Made by a program: the position numbers and the translations under genes
Shown here: positions 1 through 14,900 of the stretch, one piece after another
How the letters are laid out: each line of letters opens with the position of its first letter
Position numbering within the stretch: the stretch's first letter is position 1
The notes under the pieces: generated by a model
Told to the model about the DNA's origin: nothing
The model's input: the letters and a program-made list of their open reading frames with translations, nothing else
The model's database searches: none
Assembly (NCBI RefSeq): GCF_026210795.1
Contig: NC_089431.1
Span: 4,340,001-4,404,000, forward strand
Origin: Rhizophagus irregularis
Lineage: Eukaryota
Direction: 5' to 3'
Length of the DNA: 64,000 bases

Positions 1-343
1 GATATGTAGTCATATAAGCGGAAAAAATTATGGAGTCAAAAATGAGAACTCCCCGCAGCGCAGGAGAGGAGTAATCATGTGATATGTAATCATATAAGCA
101 AAAAAATTTTTGCTTCAAAACGCCCACTTTTCTACTACTTTGAGAATTTTTTACTATAATATTATTGTTTATTTTCATTCATTCAATAAAAGAAATAAAA
201 AGTTTCGGTTTAAAATGAACAGGAACAAACTATAAGTAAGTCTAAAGTAATTCAAATCAAAACGTAAACAAAACCGCCACAACGACAGCGCCACCCTGGT
301 GTGTATAAAGGCTAAGAGGAGAGAAAAAATAAAAAAAAAAGAA

Positions 344-600
344 CTAAATAGGACGAATTAATCTATTAATATGAGAGAAATCATGAAAATAAATGGAAAC
401 ATCTATGCTATTAAAGAGAAGAGTATCTCTATGAGATTGCCAAGGTCCTGAATGGAGAAAATTACAAGAGGTCCATCTAATATACGCAGATTCATCTATT
501 CTTGCGTTAGGTTTTAAGTACGGGATACCATGGAAAGCGTTTTTATATTTGTAAAGTTTAAATATTTCCTCCCATGTATCACATGTTCTATCTCTATCAC
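344..600 (-). mobile_element. Possible 3' remnant of a non-LTR retrotransposon ORF
   Basis: The ORF tail IRWTSCNFLHSGPW resembles, from recollection, C-termini of Glomeromycota LINE RT/RNase H ORFs. No poly-A tail or TSD found. Confidence 0.3.
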
Positions 601-1344
601 ATGAAGAAGACACGTGCCGAAACGTTTTTTCGTATAGATGGATTATGTTATGTCCCACCATGATATCAGATTTTTGTAAGCAAAAAAAAAAAGTTTTTTG
701 GGGCTGTGTATCCATTATTAATCTTGATTTACAAATTCACTTAACTAGATACAGTAAGTGTCAATAATTTTAATCGTCGAGAAAAAAAAATTTTTTTGTT
801 CACTACATAAGAAAATTGCAATAATAAAAAAAATAATTATTAATGTAAGTAGGTGAAGATTTTTCTTGGAAAAAAAAAAAAATTCGAAAATTCTTCGTGG
901 TTTGTATGTACTGAATTGAATATTTGCTTAAAAGTGTGTGTGAAACATTTTTTTGATCAACCCCAAAAAACTGGAATAAACTAACCTTTCATGACAAGAT
1001 AATTCCTTGGCAGTTTATTATAAATTCACATCCGTTTAATATATTCAATACAAGTTTATTTAAATGATGGTGGATTTTTTTTTAAAAAAAAAGAAAAAAA
1101 ACCACTTTACGTTGTGCAATAACACAAAAAAAAAGAGATTATTTCACTTATCGGAAATATGTTACCCCATATAGTAAATTAACAAAGGTTTTACCGAATT
1201 AAACTATGTTGATCCCAATTAACGGATTTTAATAAGGTTTTAAAAATTTTGTCGCACAAAGTTGATACAAAAATTTTATTATTAATAATCGACCGTGATC
1301 GTGGATTAAAAAATTTTCTTTCAACTATTATAATAGTTAAAATC

Positions 1345-2236
1345 ATGTCGGAAATAACTTGTCATGATATTCCTCCAGTTAAAAGTGATTATGAACCTAT
1401 TGGAAATACAGTGAAAGTTGCCGATTTTGATGTTTATGTTTCAATACCAGAAAATAAATCGAAACCTTTCAAAAAAGCAATCATTGTTTCTTACGATATT
1501 TACGGATTTCATCCAAATCTAAAACAATATTGTGATATTTTAGCGAAAGCTGGGTTTCTTGCTTTACTTCCAGATTATTTTCGTGGACAAACAAGTGAAT
1601 CTTTTGAAGGAGGGTAAATATATAATATTTCTATTTAATTTTTTTTTATAATTTAATACAACTTTTAAAATGTGTAGACTTCAAGGTATAATCAAGTTTC
1701 TCAAGGAGAATTATCCAACGGAAAAAAACGTAGAGGATACTTTAAAAGTTATTGAATATTTTCGTTCAGAATATGGTGTTGAAAATTTTGGATTTACAGG
1801 ATTTTGTTGGGGTGGAATTCTTGGTTCAGTTCTTTGTTCAATTAAAGATTTTGATGCTTGTGTTTTAATCCATTATGCTCCTGGAATTCAACCACCAGAA
1901 AAATTTGAAAAATCTCAATGTCCTATTGCATTCTTACCTGCAGCCGGAGATGTTGATAGCGTGAGTTTAATAAATAATCTCATTTTAATTTTTTATTTTG
2001 TTTTTATTTTTATTTTTACTAAAAAAATGTTTTTATTGATTTAGCAACCTTTTATTGATGCTATGAAAGATAAACCATTCGCTGATAAGAATATTCAAAA
2101 CCGATTTAATGATATGAAACATGGATTTGCAGGTTCTCGTGGAAATCTTAATGATGAATTAATTAAAAAAAGGGTTGATGAAGTTTTTGAAATCTCTATC
2201 AAATTTTTTGCTGAAAATGTTGGTGTTAAATATTAA
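1345..2236 (+). CDS. Dienelactone hydrolase family protein (3 exons: 1345-1613, 1678-1960, 2045-2236)
   Basis: DIYG motif, nucleophile motif GFCWGG, AGD acid region and C-terminal HGF. GT-AG introns join the exons in frame to TAA at 2234-2236. Confidence 0.92.
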
Positions 2237-3352
2237 AGACTGGCCTTTTGTTTTTTTTTTAAAAAAAAAATGAATAATAATGAAAATAAATAAAAAAAAT
2301 AAACGAGAAATGAATGAATAAATAACTAAAAATAAGTTGTTTATTTATTTTTCCTTTTTTTTTTAACTATTTTATATTTTTTACAATGAATCATTAAAAT
2401 ATCTTTGGTCAAATTTCAAATATTTAATTTTTCAAGTAAATACTGGCTCTAATTTTCATATTTTTTTTTAAAAAAAAGAAAAATATTATTTAAATGCATG
2501 AGAGTTCATATTTTTTAACGTTGTCAAAGGTTAAATCCGCGAAATTTAACGCAATATGTATACAGTATATTCTGTAGTGAAAGTGTGCGTATTTTAATAT
2601 TTATATACGTTTTTTAATATTTAAATGCAATATTGTATTTTTTTCGTACAAACAGTAATTAATGAATTTATTACGTAATTATTTTTTGCGACTAAATCTA
2701 AAAGATAACTTTTTATCTTTTTTTCTACGATCTCATTTTTTCTGCAATACATCATCAACCTGCGCCACATATAAATACGTTAGGCTCTCGCGATAAGATC
2801 GAAAAGACCAGTCGTAACATTTTTTTTTTATTTACGATTAATATTACAAACATAAGCAAGCATTGATGTTAACTTTAATTAAATTTAATTGGACAGGATC
2901 GAATTTTTATGATTAATTTAAAAGTTTTATTGAATTTTTATTTATATACTATTAGGTGCAGACTTTCAAATCCACTTAAAAAAATAATTAAAGTCAAAGA
3001 AAAATTATCATCAGTGGGAACTGGTTGCTATTTAGGTAATACATAATCATTAAATATGATTAACTTTTTTGTAATATATTTATTTTTAAATATATTAAAT
3101 AATCACACAACTGACGACTTACAATTCCAAAGTCTTTGCAGGAAATAATAAGAGCAGAAGCCTTAATATGTATATTTAATGAGTAAAATGAAAAAGTTAT
3201 TAAAATAATATTAAAAGAAATATTTAAATATTAAAGTATATAGCAATTATTAAAAGGAAATAATAAAAGTAATAATTTAAAAGTAATAATTTTAAAAAGG
3301 TTTCATTTGAAATTAAAAATAGTCTAACATGAGAAGAAACGTTCTATTACAT

Positions 3353-4779
3353 CCCTATGAAAAAAGTCTGTGTGATTTTTGTTGAAAAATCATTCAATTA
3401 AATTCACTACGATTTCTGTATATTTGACCATACAATAATTGTGCTAAAAATTGCAATAAATCACACAATTATTGCATGGTAATTCATTCAATAATTATCC
3501 TATTTTTGACCTGAATTTATACAATTATTGTGTGATTTTTGAGCCAAATTTTTTTAGGCCATATTTTAGGAATTATAGGTTAAATTTTACAGTAATAACA
3601 GGCAATTTATAAAGTGAAATTATGAATTTTTTTTATTGACTTAAAATATAAAAAATATACACAATATTTCATAAATAAAATACTAAATTTGATATAATCA
3701 TAAATATAAAAATTTGTAAGAAAATAAAATAAAATAAAGTATGTTAGTAACATGAAAGTAAATTAGTATTATCAAAGAAGAAAGTAAATTATTAGTGTAA
3801 GTAAATTATTAGTATTAAATAAAAAAGTATGAAGTTAGTGAAGAAAGCAAATTAGTAGTGTTAAAAAGTACTAATAAATTATTAGTGTTAGTAATAAAAA
3901 AGTATGAAGTTAGTGAAGAAAGCAAATTAGTAGTGTTAAAAAGTAAATTATTAGTATTAGTAATAAAAAAAAGTATGAAGTTAGTGAAGAAAGCAAGTTA
4001 GTAACATTAAAATGTAAAAAGTTAGGAAAATAAAAAGATAAAGAACACGAGTTTTTCTTACCTGATATTTTAAAAGAAAGTTGAAGAAAAGTTAAAAGGT
4101 TAAAAAAAACATAAACAAAAACATTTCGCGTCGTCATATTTATTTTGACGATCAGATCACGTGATCAACATATATAATTTTAAGAGTTGATTTTTACCGC
4201 ATAATTCTGGCCAAATTATAATTCCGGTCAGAACTAATTGTGTAACCTAATAAAAAGTTTTTGACTTTTTTTTAGTTACAAGATGATACAAAAATTTCAC
4301 CAATGGGTCCAGAAGATGCCCATTTATAAGCAAATATGCAGTTGAATTTTATGTAACCTTACTGCATAAATCACTTTACTTAGGAAAATCTATTTGTAAT
4401 GGTTAAAAGTGGTCTATTCGACCCTAAAAGTGGTCAAATGTAACCATACAGGTAAGATGGAAAGTAGTATAGTAGGATTACCCAAAAATTGCTTTCTGTA
4501 TCCTAAATTTAAGTCTATTTTCAAGTTGTACAATAATCACAATTTTTATTGTACAAAAATTGAATGTTTTCTGTATCCTAAATTTAAGTTGTATAAAAAT
4601 CACACAAAAATTGAACATTTTCTATATCTTAAATTTAAGTTGTACAAAAATTGCATACTTTTAATATGCTTTGAAAAGCTTCATAGCTATTTTTATCCAA
4701 AAATCTGCAATAATTGTACAATTTCCACACGGACTTGAACAAATATTGTACAAAAATTGGATGATTTTTTTTCATAGGG
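3353..4779. mobile_element. Non-autonomous CMC/EnSpm(CACTA)-like DNA transposon, family 1
   Basis: Termini CCCTATGAAAAAA ... TTTTTTCATAGGG flanked by 3-bp TSD CAT. Internal tandem repeats at ~3780-4000 and ~4490-4650. Confidence 0.8.
3780..4000. repeat. Imperfect tandem repeat (AAAAAAGTATGAAGTTAGTGAAGAAAGCAAATTAGTAGTGTTAAAAAGTA-type units) inside the transposon
   Basis: Core recurs at ~3822, ~3896 and ~3966. Confidence 0.85.
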
Positions 4780-4924
4780 CATATATAGTACAAATGAAAT
4801 GGATGTGAAACTTTTTACTTTTTTTTCAAAAATATTAATCTTTTATTTAATATTTACTAACAACGATGTTGCAACCATAGGAAATTGTTCCAGCAATAAT
4901 GTGATATTAAAGTATCACAAAGCT

Positions 4925-5010
4925 CACTCAAATATTATGATATTACTATGAAGTTGGTAAAGACCACAAATCAATATCAAAGTGGATTAGATTATAATAA
5001 ATTTAAAACA
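4925..5010 (+). pseudogene. Collapsed BTB-TLDc relic
   Basis: tattatgatattactatgaagttggtaaagac and atatcaaagtggatt match the YYDITIEVG and ISKWID regions of the intact gene at 57726. Confidence 0.4.
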
Positions 5011-5616
5011 TATTGTATATAGATGAATTGAATTGTATGTAAAGATTTTAGCATTTTTCCTTTAATATTGGAAAATTTTGTTATTTATATTAGAGGTCAA
5101 TAATTTCTTCAAAGTTTATTGGAAAATTACAAATAAATTCTTGGATAATATCGGAATGTGGATTCATTTGATATAATCTTTAAATAAAGATGTACTCGGA
5201 TGCAAATAATTCCTTTACTTTTTAACGGTGTCCAATCATACAAATTACGTTGTAAAATGAGAATTATTAATAAAGCTTTTGATTTGACCCATTTAGTTCA
5301 TTGTGTATTTATGAAGAAATTTCGTAATATCTAATCATCAAAATTTTCACTGATTATTGGAATAATGATAATGAGTTATAAATTATATTTAGTTCTTTAA
5401 ATATGATAAAGAAAAATTTTGAAAGAAAAAGACACAATAAAAAATCAATAACCCAAAAAAACCGAAAAATAAATAAATATATACTATGATATAAATTTAA
5501 ATGACTACAAATAATAAATGAATTTGCCATAATACTTGATGTTATACAACCAATTATTAATAGTGTATTTAAAATTTAAAAAGAAAAATTACTTTTATAA
5601 ATTTTGATAATTTAAA

Positions 5617-7399
5617 CTATTTTAGAGTATCAATATCAAAATCAATTTCATTGGTAATATACCCTACATTTGAATAAAGAAATTAGGTTTGCAATATTTA
5701 ACTAAGGGTTTTCATTTACAGAATAAATAAAAATATGTTTTCATACCATTATTATCAAAATTCACATCAATATCTAAGTCGATTTCTTTTGTAAGATAAT
5801 CTAAAGAATATATAAACAATTTTATTAAATTAAATCATGAATTTGATATATATTTACGAAAAAGTAATTACCTTCACTTTTATATAATTTTTCTCTTTTA
5901 ATACTTCGACCTAAATAATTAGTAGACAATGATTTACTGAAGTTTATCAACTAATTACATTTATTTGCAATCGACAAATATCATACCATATTCATTATTA
6001 TCTTCAATTAAATCATCTTCAACTCTTCTTTTTAATTTTTCTAAATTAATAGATTGACTTTTTGAACTCCTTAAAGACATTGCAGAACTAATCATGGCAC
6101 TTAAAGGTCTACTCTTATAAATGGCACCTGGATTATTTTTTGGAACAGGTCCAATATCTGATGATTCTATGATTTCAGTTCTAACACCCGTTATATTGCA
6201 AAGTTTGTTATATATATGATTAGCTGTCGGTCTTTTACTTGGATCAGAATGCCAGCATTCTTTCATCAATTCAATATAACCTTCAGGTGCATTTGTGACA
6301 ATTGGTGGTCGTAAACCATCACAAATATCAATAATAAGTTCTGTATCATGATTTCGATCCCAAAAAGGTCTTCTACCTGTCATCAACTCCCACATAATCA
6401 TTCCAAAACTATATATATCTGAAGCTTTATTATATTTTTGTCTTTGAAAAATCTCTGGAGCCATATAAGGAATAATACCATAATTCTCATTATCATCTCC
6501 AGATTCAGTTGCAGATTTACTTATACCAAGATCACCTACTAGTACCTCCTTATAAAAAAATTTATTTCTTTTTCTATTAAAAAAAATATTTCCACTGTGA
6601 AAATCCCTATGAATAATGTTTAATTCATGTATTTCTTTAAGTCCACGTGCTATACTCATTAAGTTATCCCGCTTTGTACTCCAATTAATATTAAAAAAAT
6701 CTTTAGTGATGTAATGTATCAAATCACCTGAATCATAATATGGCATGATAATCATGATATCTTGAGAATTAGGATCTTGAGTAACTCCAAAATATACGCC
6801 AACATTGGCCGATTTAAATAAACTATTACTAGCTCTTGAAGAAAAGTCATAAAACACCTTGAGCTAAAATGAAGAAGCTTATTATTTATTAATATCATTA
6901 ATGGATTAAAATAGCATACTATGTACTATACCTCGTTCAACTCCTTAGATGTGATGTTTTTAGAATCATTAATTTTTTTGAGGACAACTGTATAATTTTC
7001 GGAACGAATAACTTTTTTACATTTATAACTAATAACTGGGCCATCAATCCAAGTAGCTTTATAAATTTTACTAAAACCTCCTTCAGCAATAAATTCTATA
7101 TTTTTAAATTGTTCGTAAGGAACATATTCCATTTTCCCGTTTTTATTAACAAGATTAATTTGTGTATATCTGATAAAATCATCAATAATTTTATTTCCGC
7201 TTAAACCGTAATTATATGCCATCTTTATTTTGTAACAAACGTGACAAATCTGATGACTTTCATCTAAAGGTTTCCTTCTTTTATTACATTCGGGACATTT
7301 ACTTTTTTTATATTTTGATTTAACAATGGGTTGTGTTGGTTGAATTAAAAATGTATTGTTCGAGTCAATTTTATGTTTATAGTTTGTTGGTTGTTCCAT
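5617..7399 (-). CDS. TKL-like protein kinase with N-terminal CxxC..CxxC motif (exons ~7399-6932, 6863-5987, 5910-5872, 5800-5747, 5663-5617)
   Basis: AEGGFSKIY, VVLK, HRDFHSGN, GDLG, YMAPE, SDIYSFG motifs; N-terminal CPEC/CHVC; GT-AG introns. Confidence 0.9.
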
Positions 7400-10300
7400 G
7401 TTTTTTTTTTTATAAAAATAATTAATTGAATCAAGGAAAACTGCTGTCTAATATATACTTTTTTAAATTTAATAATTTAAACAAGGGAATTCTTTTTTTC
7501 GAATTCTATACACAATTTCTAGAAGTTATTGATGGGAATACAACTTTCTAAGAAATACTGGCGAGAATTCTATATGCAAAGAATTCTATAGTCACACATG
7601 ATGCTGCGTAACTGCATATGCGGCACAGCTGAATGAGATTATATTTTTAGAAATATTCTACGATAATCATTGTAAACACGTGAATTATTACTGACGAAAT
7701 TATCTTTTAAAAAAAATCTTTTTAAAACTGCTCTTCTCATTATTAGTAAGTGGAGCATTAATTCATAATAAAAATATTAAGACGAGAAATTTTTTGTGTC
7801 AATACAATGATTTATGACTTACGAGACTAAAAATAATGGATTAATAATGAACAGGAACATGTTATGACGTAATCAAAGATTGAGAAAGCTAAAAGTGTCC
7901 ATTTAAAAGTAAGTCAAGGACTTATTCTGGTTTTGCAAAGTTACTGATAAAAGAATGAAACAGGAATAAAATTATAAAGCTTGAAGATATTACCACAAAA
8001 AGTCACATATAATTATTTAATAAAAAATGAAAATTATGTTTATTATGTTTACTAGAATTTATTTTTATTCTTGAACGAAATACTTAATTTTTGATAAAAT
8101 TATTTGTTAAATTTACTTCGATTGAACGTGCCAAATTATCAGTAGTATCAAAACTAAAAGTATAATTATTTCAAAAAAAATTTTTTTTTATCCCGATATA
8201 TATCAAGTGTTAAATTAAATAGGAAATAAAAAAATTAACCCAAATTAGAATTGATATATTTATCATTTATTACTAAATGTTTATTAAATGTAGCAATAAA
8301 TTGGTTATGGTTTTAATTTATAATTAATTATTATAGCCACGTCTTACTATTGAAATTTTTTTTAAACTTCTACATGAATTTTATACTAGAGATAGATAAA
8401 AAAGTCTTAAATTAGAAGATAAGAGCAAGATAATTTTATGTATTTTATATAATTAGCGTCTAAGGCTGTGAATTATTTAGTATTAGTAGTAAATTATATT
8501 TGATATTTCACTAAATTGGTTGCGGATATTGATATTCTCACGGGTGGTGTTTATTTAAAAAGATGGGTAAAAGTCTATCAATATTGGAATAAAAAAGTCT
8601 ATCAAAATAAGTATATTTATTAAAAGGCTTTATGGTACGGATACCGTGAGATAAAAACCAATTATTTCACGGAGTCTCTGTGGAATATCATGATTTTCAC
8701 GACGCAATGTATTTGTTGGTAAAATAAGTCTTCGATTTCCATTTAAACGAGAAAATGAAAATAATCAAAGCAATAAACATCATTACAATATAATTGGGCA
8801 AATAAGATTTATTACTTAATCATCAAATACAATATACGAAATTCGTAAATTATTCATAAATATACTACTAACAGTAATTGATCTTTTTTTACGAAAATTA
8901 AATGTTTTGTCGTATATTATTTATTCTAAATCGAATAGTGACAATAAAGTATTATTTTAATTTAGCTTATTAGTCCGAAGGACTATGCGCGCGAGGTGAT
9001 GGATGTTCGTGTAATTCCCAAATTATTCGCTCATCCCAGGAACTGAACCTACGTTTCTTAAATTACAGATTCCATAATTTAACCATTACTTCGGGATTAA
9101 CAATGGTTAGTTTATAATTAGTATTTCTGTAAGTTTATTTAAAATAGGAAACGGCCAAAATCATTGTAGTCCAAAAGCGAAATATTAATATTTGATTAGC
9201 AATCCTTTAATGAACCTTATCAATCACTGCGCATGTAATAAAATTTAAGGGCAAATTTTTCTTATTATGATAGCCATATTAAAAATTATGGTGCCGTATA
9301 GTTATTAATTATATAATTTATGTATGTAGATCAAAATCGGCTAAAATAAATTTTATTGGTTAAAATTGATGATTTTCGAATCCATAATTCTGGCCAAATT
9401 TTGCTTAATTCCGGCCAATTTTATAATGCCGGCCTAAATTTTATAAAAATTGAAAAATGCAGTTCAAATGTAACATTACATTTATATAAATAACTTTCAA
9501 ACTAAATATAGAAAATAATACTTCTTGACAACATCTAAGAGTGTGTTGAAAAATTTTTTCAAATACTTTTTGTTTTTTAAGGTGGATCTTAACTAGAAGT
9601 TGGTACATTTTATTTGCTAAAAATAAGGAATAATGAGAAAAACTTGAAATTTGTCAAATATAGTAAATAATTTAAAACTCCAAATTAAGACAGAAAGTAT
9701 TTTATATAATTTTATAACAAAAAAAAAGCTTAAAAAAATATTAACTCTAATAAATTTTCAAATAAACCCAGAATCTATAAAGAAAAATTTCCCTTTTTTT
9801 CATTATATTTGTATAATAGTATTATAAATTCTTTATTATTTCAATGGTTTTAATTACAAAACAAACTATTTTCTAATTTAAAAAACAATTTGAATATTAA
9901 AATAAAAAAAATTTCGTGATGAAATAAATAGGAATCTAATATTAAAACATGATTGGACAAAAGTGGATTTACTAAAAATAATGAAAATTTTGTAGTTTTT
10001 TTTTAATTTAAAAAAAAATATATTATTCAAAAATAAATCTAATAATACTCTTCCCTTCCTTTTTCCTATAATAAATAAAATTTTATCATTATTTCATATT
10101 AAAAAATAGAGAAAATTTGATAAATTCAATAATAAACAAAAATCTTATTGGGTGACCGACCTTATTAACTTAATAAAAGCTGTTTCTTTTGAAAAGTTAC
10201 ACCTAAAAATAAAATATTTATTATTAGTTAAAGGATTCTCATTAAAATTTATTAAAGTAAAAATTCTTTTTTTTATTAAAAAATCAATTTTTTTGTGTTT

Positions 10301-10922
10301 ATACAAAAACTACCTGAATAACTACCATTAAACCCTTAGAAAATCATTTTTCTCTTGCAAAATTACATATATTTTTGCTATTAAAACTATATATTTATCC
10401 AAACTTTTAAAAGGATCTCAAAAAAGTTCATTTTTTAACGTAAACTTCTTGTATATGCGAAGAGAAAAAAAAATTTCAAAAATGGAAAATTAACTTCAGA
10501 GACTAGTAAAGCACATGATGTTCTATCAAATTACTTAATTTGTATGGGAGTTACATATTAAAATTGACGGTTTATCATAAAATGAAGTGACTCAAATATG
10601 GTTACACGAATTTTTTTTAATATGAAAATGATTTGCATATTACATGCGCGGTGATTGTTATGATATATGACGATTATTAATGAAAATAAAAGTTTAGAAA
10701 TCTTGAATGAAAATTTATAATTTATAGTCCAGTCTTAAATATATTAGCCTAAAAGGACAAACATCAAGAAAAAAAAAATGCACCAATATTATCAAATATT
10801 CATAATGTTTATTCATATAAAATATGTTCAGAATTTGGATACAAATAACGTTAATTCTAATAATAAAAAAAATAATAATTTAATTAAAATAGAAAACATG
10901 TCGTTATAAAATTTCTAAAAAA

Positions 10923-11945
10923 TTATGCCTCTTGTTTCACGATTTTTTCGATAACTTCGGTGACTGGACGAGGAGTAAAACTAAATTTATCATTATCTAA
11001 ATCTTTATATTGTTCGTTTTGCACAAGGGTGGCCTTGAAGTTTTCTTCAGGAGAAGGAATTGGTTCGACCTTGTTTTTGTATCTATGTTTTACTTCTTCA
11101 TCTACAACTACTTCCCATTTTGAGCCTTCATGAATGTATAATTATTAGCCCAACATTTTTAAATAAAATTGCGTTAGAAAAAAAAGATGTACTGTAATGC
11201 TCACCAGAAACTTCTTCAAACTTTTGAAGGTACTCATTTAATGACAAGGTAGCCCCAGCTACTTTAATAACAGCATTACGAGCTTCCGGCATTTTAAGCG
11301 TCTCTACGGTATATTTGCCAACATCAGACAAAGAAGTGGTATGTAACTTTTTATTGCCATCCGCGTAGAACGTAGCTTTTTTATTCTTGACGTCAAATCC
11401 AAACCAGCCAAGAAATTCTTGAAATAATCCAGTAAAGATGAACGTGTATTCAAGCCCACTTTTAACAACTTCTTCTCGAAATTTGATTTTACCATCAATG
11501 AGAGGATTAACTCCAATTCTTCATATAAAAAAAAAAAAATTAGTAATAAATAATTTATAGTTTATAATCAATATGCATAAATAAAACAAACGTACTTATT
11601 AAACTCGCCACCAAATTCGGATGGGATGAACCTCTTCACAGAAGCTTCTTTAGCAGCAGCCAATAGTGGAACCTGAGTATCGTATAATGAGGTACCATTT
11701 ACAGCACTGACAAAAACATCTGTTCCTTTAAGTACTTTGACTAAATCATCTTTTTGATCGTAATCCGCATATACAATTTCCGCACCCTTAGAAGCTAACA
11801 ATTTAGCTTTCTCATTTTCAGTTTCTGGTTTTCTTCGAAGAATCTTCAAATTATAAGATCCATCGTTCAAGAAAGCCTCAGCAATATGATAACCTAAAGT
11901 ACCCGTACCTCCAGCAATAGCTACGGTCTTAAATTGTGAGCTCAT
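10923..11945 (-). CDS. NmrA-like / isoflavone-reductase-like NAD(P)-binding protein, copy 1 (3 exons)
   Basis: GGTGTLG Rossmann motif, VKRFIPSEFG, GLEYT. Spliced reading ends KQEA*. Confidence 0.92.
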
Positions 11946-14900
11946 TTTTTAATTGAGTTGTATAATTTTTCTTTTCTAGAAATTTTTAAAAAAAAAATTT
12001 TAATGTAATTTATCGCATTTTATCGTGTACAAAAAAAAAACTATTATTACTAATACGGATACTATAAATGTAAAAAGTCGGGCGTTGATCGTCATTTTAG
12101 AGTTCATACGGATATCCAAATATCCGTAGATATCAGGATATATTCGGATAACGAAATTATTTTGCAATAATGCATAAGTTAACGGAAATTTTACCATAAA
12201 AGTGTTAAAAAATTTAATTTAAATCACAGAAGTAACTAGAATTTTATATTATTAATTTTAATTTGGACTTAAAAAGCTTTTACTATTTCACAATGGGTTG
12301 TATTATGACAGGATTTACACCTGCCGCGTGTCATTTTTTATAAGTATCTGACGCTGACAAATCATAGTTCGCCCCTGCTTTTTGCCCTGTTGATCTCAAC
12401 GCACGTCATTTACTTATATTCTGACATCTTTTCTTAATCATTAGAATTCTTTCATAATGAACTACTGAAAACTTCTCGGAATTCAAAGAATATAATGTGC
12501 AAATGATAAACTCTCGTTGAAAATTAATTGTATCTTTATTGTCATACGTGATACATTACAGAACCTAATTCAACTGTGTATTGTCCACCGCAGTACTACA
12601 CCCAATGATTATTAGAAAAAAGAACAGTATTTAGATTCTGAGTTCGTGTAATTTTTTCTTTAGCAAAAAAGATTTTCCTCTTACAACCTGGTGATATATC
12701 AAATGAAACATTCATAAAGTTAAGTTCATGTTTAAATTCTCGACAATGGAATCGATACACTTCAAATTATAATCTATCTTTCTTTACCTTTGTTGATAAT
12801 TTCAACAATTGTGTGATTTGCAAAGTGAAAGTGAGATGATATTCTTCATTATAAATCCTGTTAGCAATATACTTAGTCCACTATTATTAACTACTTTACA
12901 CTTTTTTGTATAGTGTTGTAAATGATAATGTATATTATTAAATATTTTAAAAATATTTATAATACTGTAATCAAATAATGTTGTTATTAAGTAATTAACC
13001 AATTTAATATTTATGCATTTTACCTTGAATGTATGATACTCCATATAAAAATAACCTATACTTTATCCCTTCTATAGTCACCAAAATAGCACATTTACGT
13101 TAGCTCAAGTTACTAATAAACTTATTAAAAAAACCCTAATCGTGAGGAAAGAAACAATAGCAGATGGCGTATAAACGACTATGAGATTATTAATATTTTT
13201 TTTTTAAAATGGCTACTATAAGTTGGGCGTTGAATTGTCATTTTTTCCACAATAATGCATAAAATTAACGCTAATATCGAAATGATCAGATTCAGTCATA
13301 TAGTTCGCTAATCCATTAGCTAAAACCTTTTAACATAAAAGTTGTAATTTGAGGAATGGGTAATCATATTTTTGCTTATTAATTATTATAATTAATTTTT
13401 TTTTTTGGGAAATTTTTATTTTAAATACGATGATTTTTGATAGTCACGTCACGACGTCACGTTACATACAAAAATATAATACCTATAATGGAATATTAAA
13501 TCATTGTATGATTAATGTTTCAAATTATTAATAAAAGTTATTAAAAAAAAAATCAATTATTTTAAAAATCATAATAATTGTATTATTGTAAATTAAATAA
13601 AAAAAAAAATAAATTTTAAACTTCCTATCTGATCCTTTAAATTAAAACAAAAATAATATTTTTTATTATTATTAAAAGAAGCTAGTATATATATAATAAA
13701 GTAATCTTATTAACTAATTAATTAATTAATAATAAAATATATAAGTTTATGTTAACACGATTTGAATAATTGATTAAGCTCCATTTTTTTAATAAAAAAA
13801 AATTAATAATTAAATTAAATTAGATACATGGTTATGAAAGAATGATTGATTCAAGTATGATATAATAATCAGTTGGTTATCGTTTAGTTAAAAAAAAGTA
13901 TTATTCTATGGCAATAAAAAATATTGTCAATTTTTAAACCACAAAAAAAGATAAATAAGGACCTTTTATCTGACGCGTAGATGGGTGGTCATCGGAATCA
14001 TGTGATAAAAGTACTGCGATTTTTTTTTGGTGATATAATGACTCGTGCTTTTTTGCTTTAACTATTTCTACAATGGTTTGTGAGGATCGTGGAGACTATG
14101 GACGCCATAATACCACGTGCCCTCAGAATTTTGCCCATTCGTTCGTAATGAACTTCTATAATAGACAAAATGTAGAAGAGTAAGACTAACGGAATAAATT
14201 CTTGAAATTTAAATATCATCAAAATATACTGTACATAATGTATAAATAATAACTCTCTCGTTGAATTATTTGAATTATTTGTAGATTTAAATTATTGAGT
14301 CATATATATTCGAACTTTTATGCGAATTTTTTTGATAAAATGAAAGTTTCTAATTTACAATATGATTATTTCTGTTTTCATTTATAATATATAAAATAAC
14401 TTATGTATTTTCGCTGCAAATAATTAGGATTGACTTAATTAAAAATAATGAGGGTAAAAAAATTTGCTAAAAAAAAAAATGTTTTTTAAAAAAATTGTAC
14501 GAACTCATAATCAAATCCTCTTACAGTTTGGATTCATTTTTAATAGATCAAATAAAATATTCATAAAAGTTATGGTTCCTTAAGTTCATATTAAATGGTT
14601 GATGGATTGATGCACTTCAAATTATTATCCAACTTTATTTGCATGGTGAACAATTAATGTAATATTCATCCTGTGAGTTATACCATATATACCGTAACTG
14701 ATGATGTACAGTATATCACTATGATAAGATGCGATTTTATATTTTAATTCTACGATATATTATGTATAATATTTGTAGTTTAACTTGAATAGGATATTCT
14801 GTGTATAAAAATTACATGCTATAATAACTGTATACATATGGGACTTACATATTATAATGTTATGACGACTTGACAAAGTAAAAAAGCAAGGTTGGACGAT

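Noticed and set aside
1..100. 19-bp direct repeat GATATGTARTCATATAAGC at 1 and 81
   Set aside because: Cut by the window edge; probably part of a repeat element but cannot be interpreted here.
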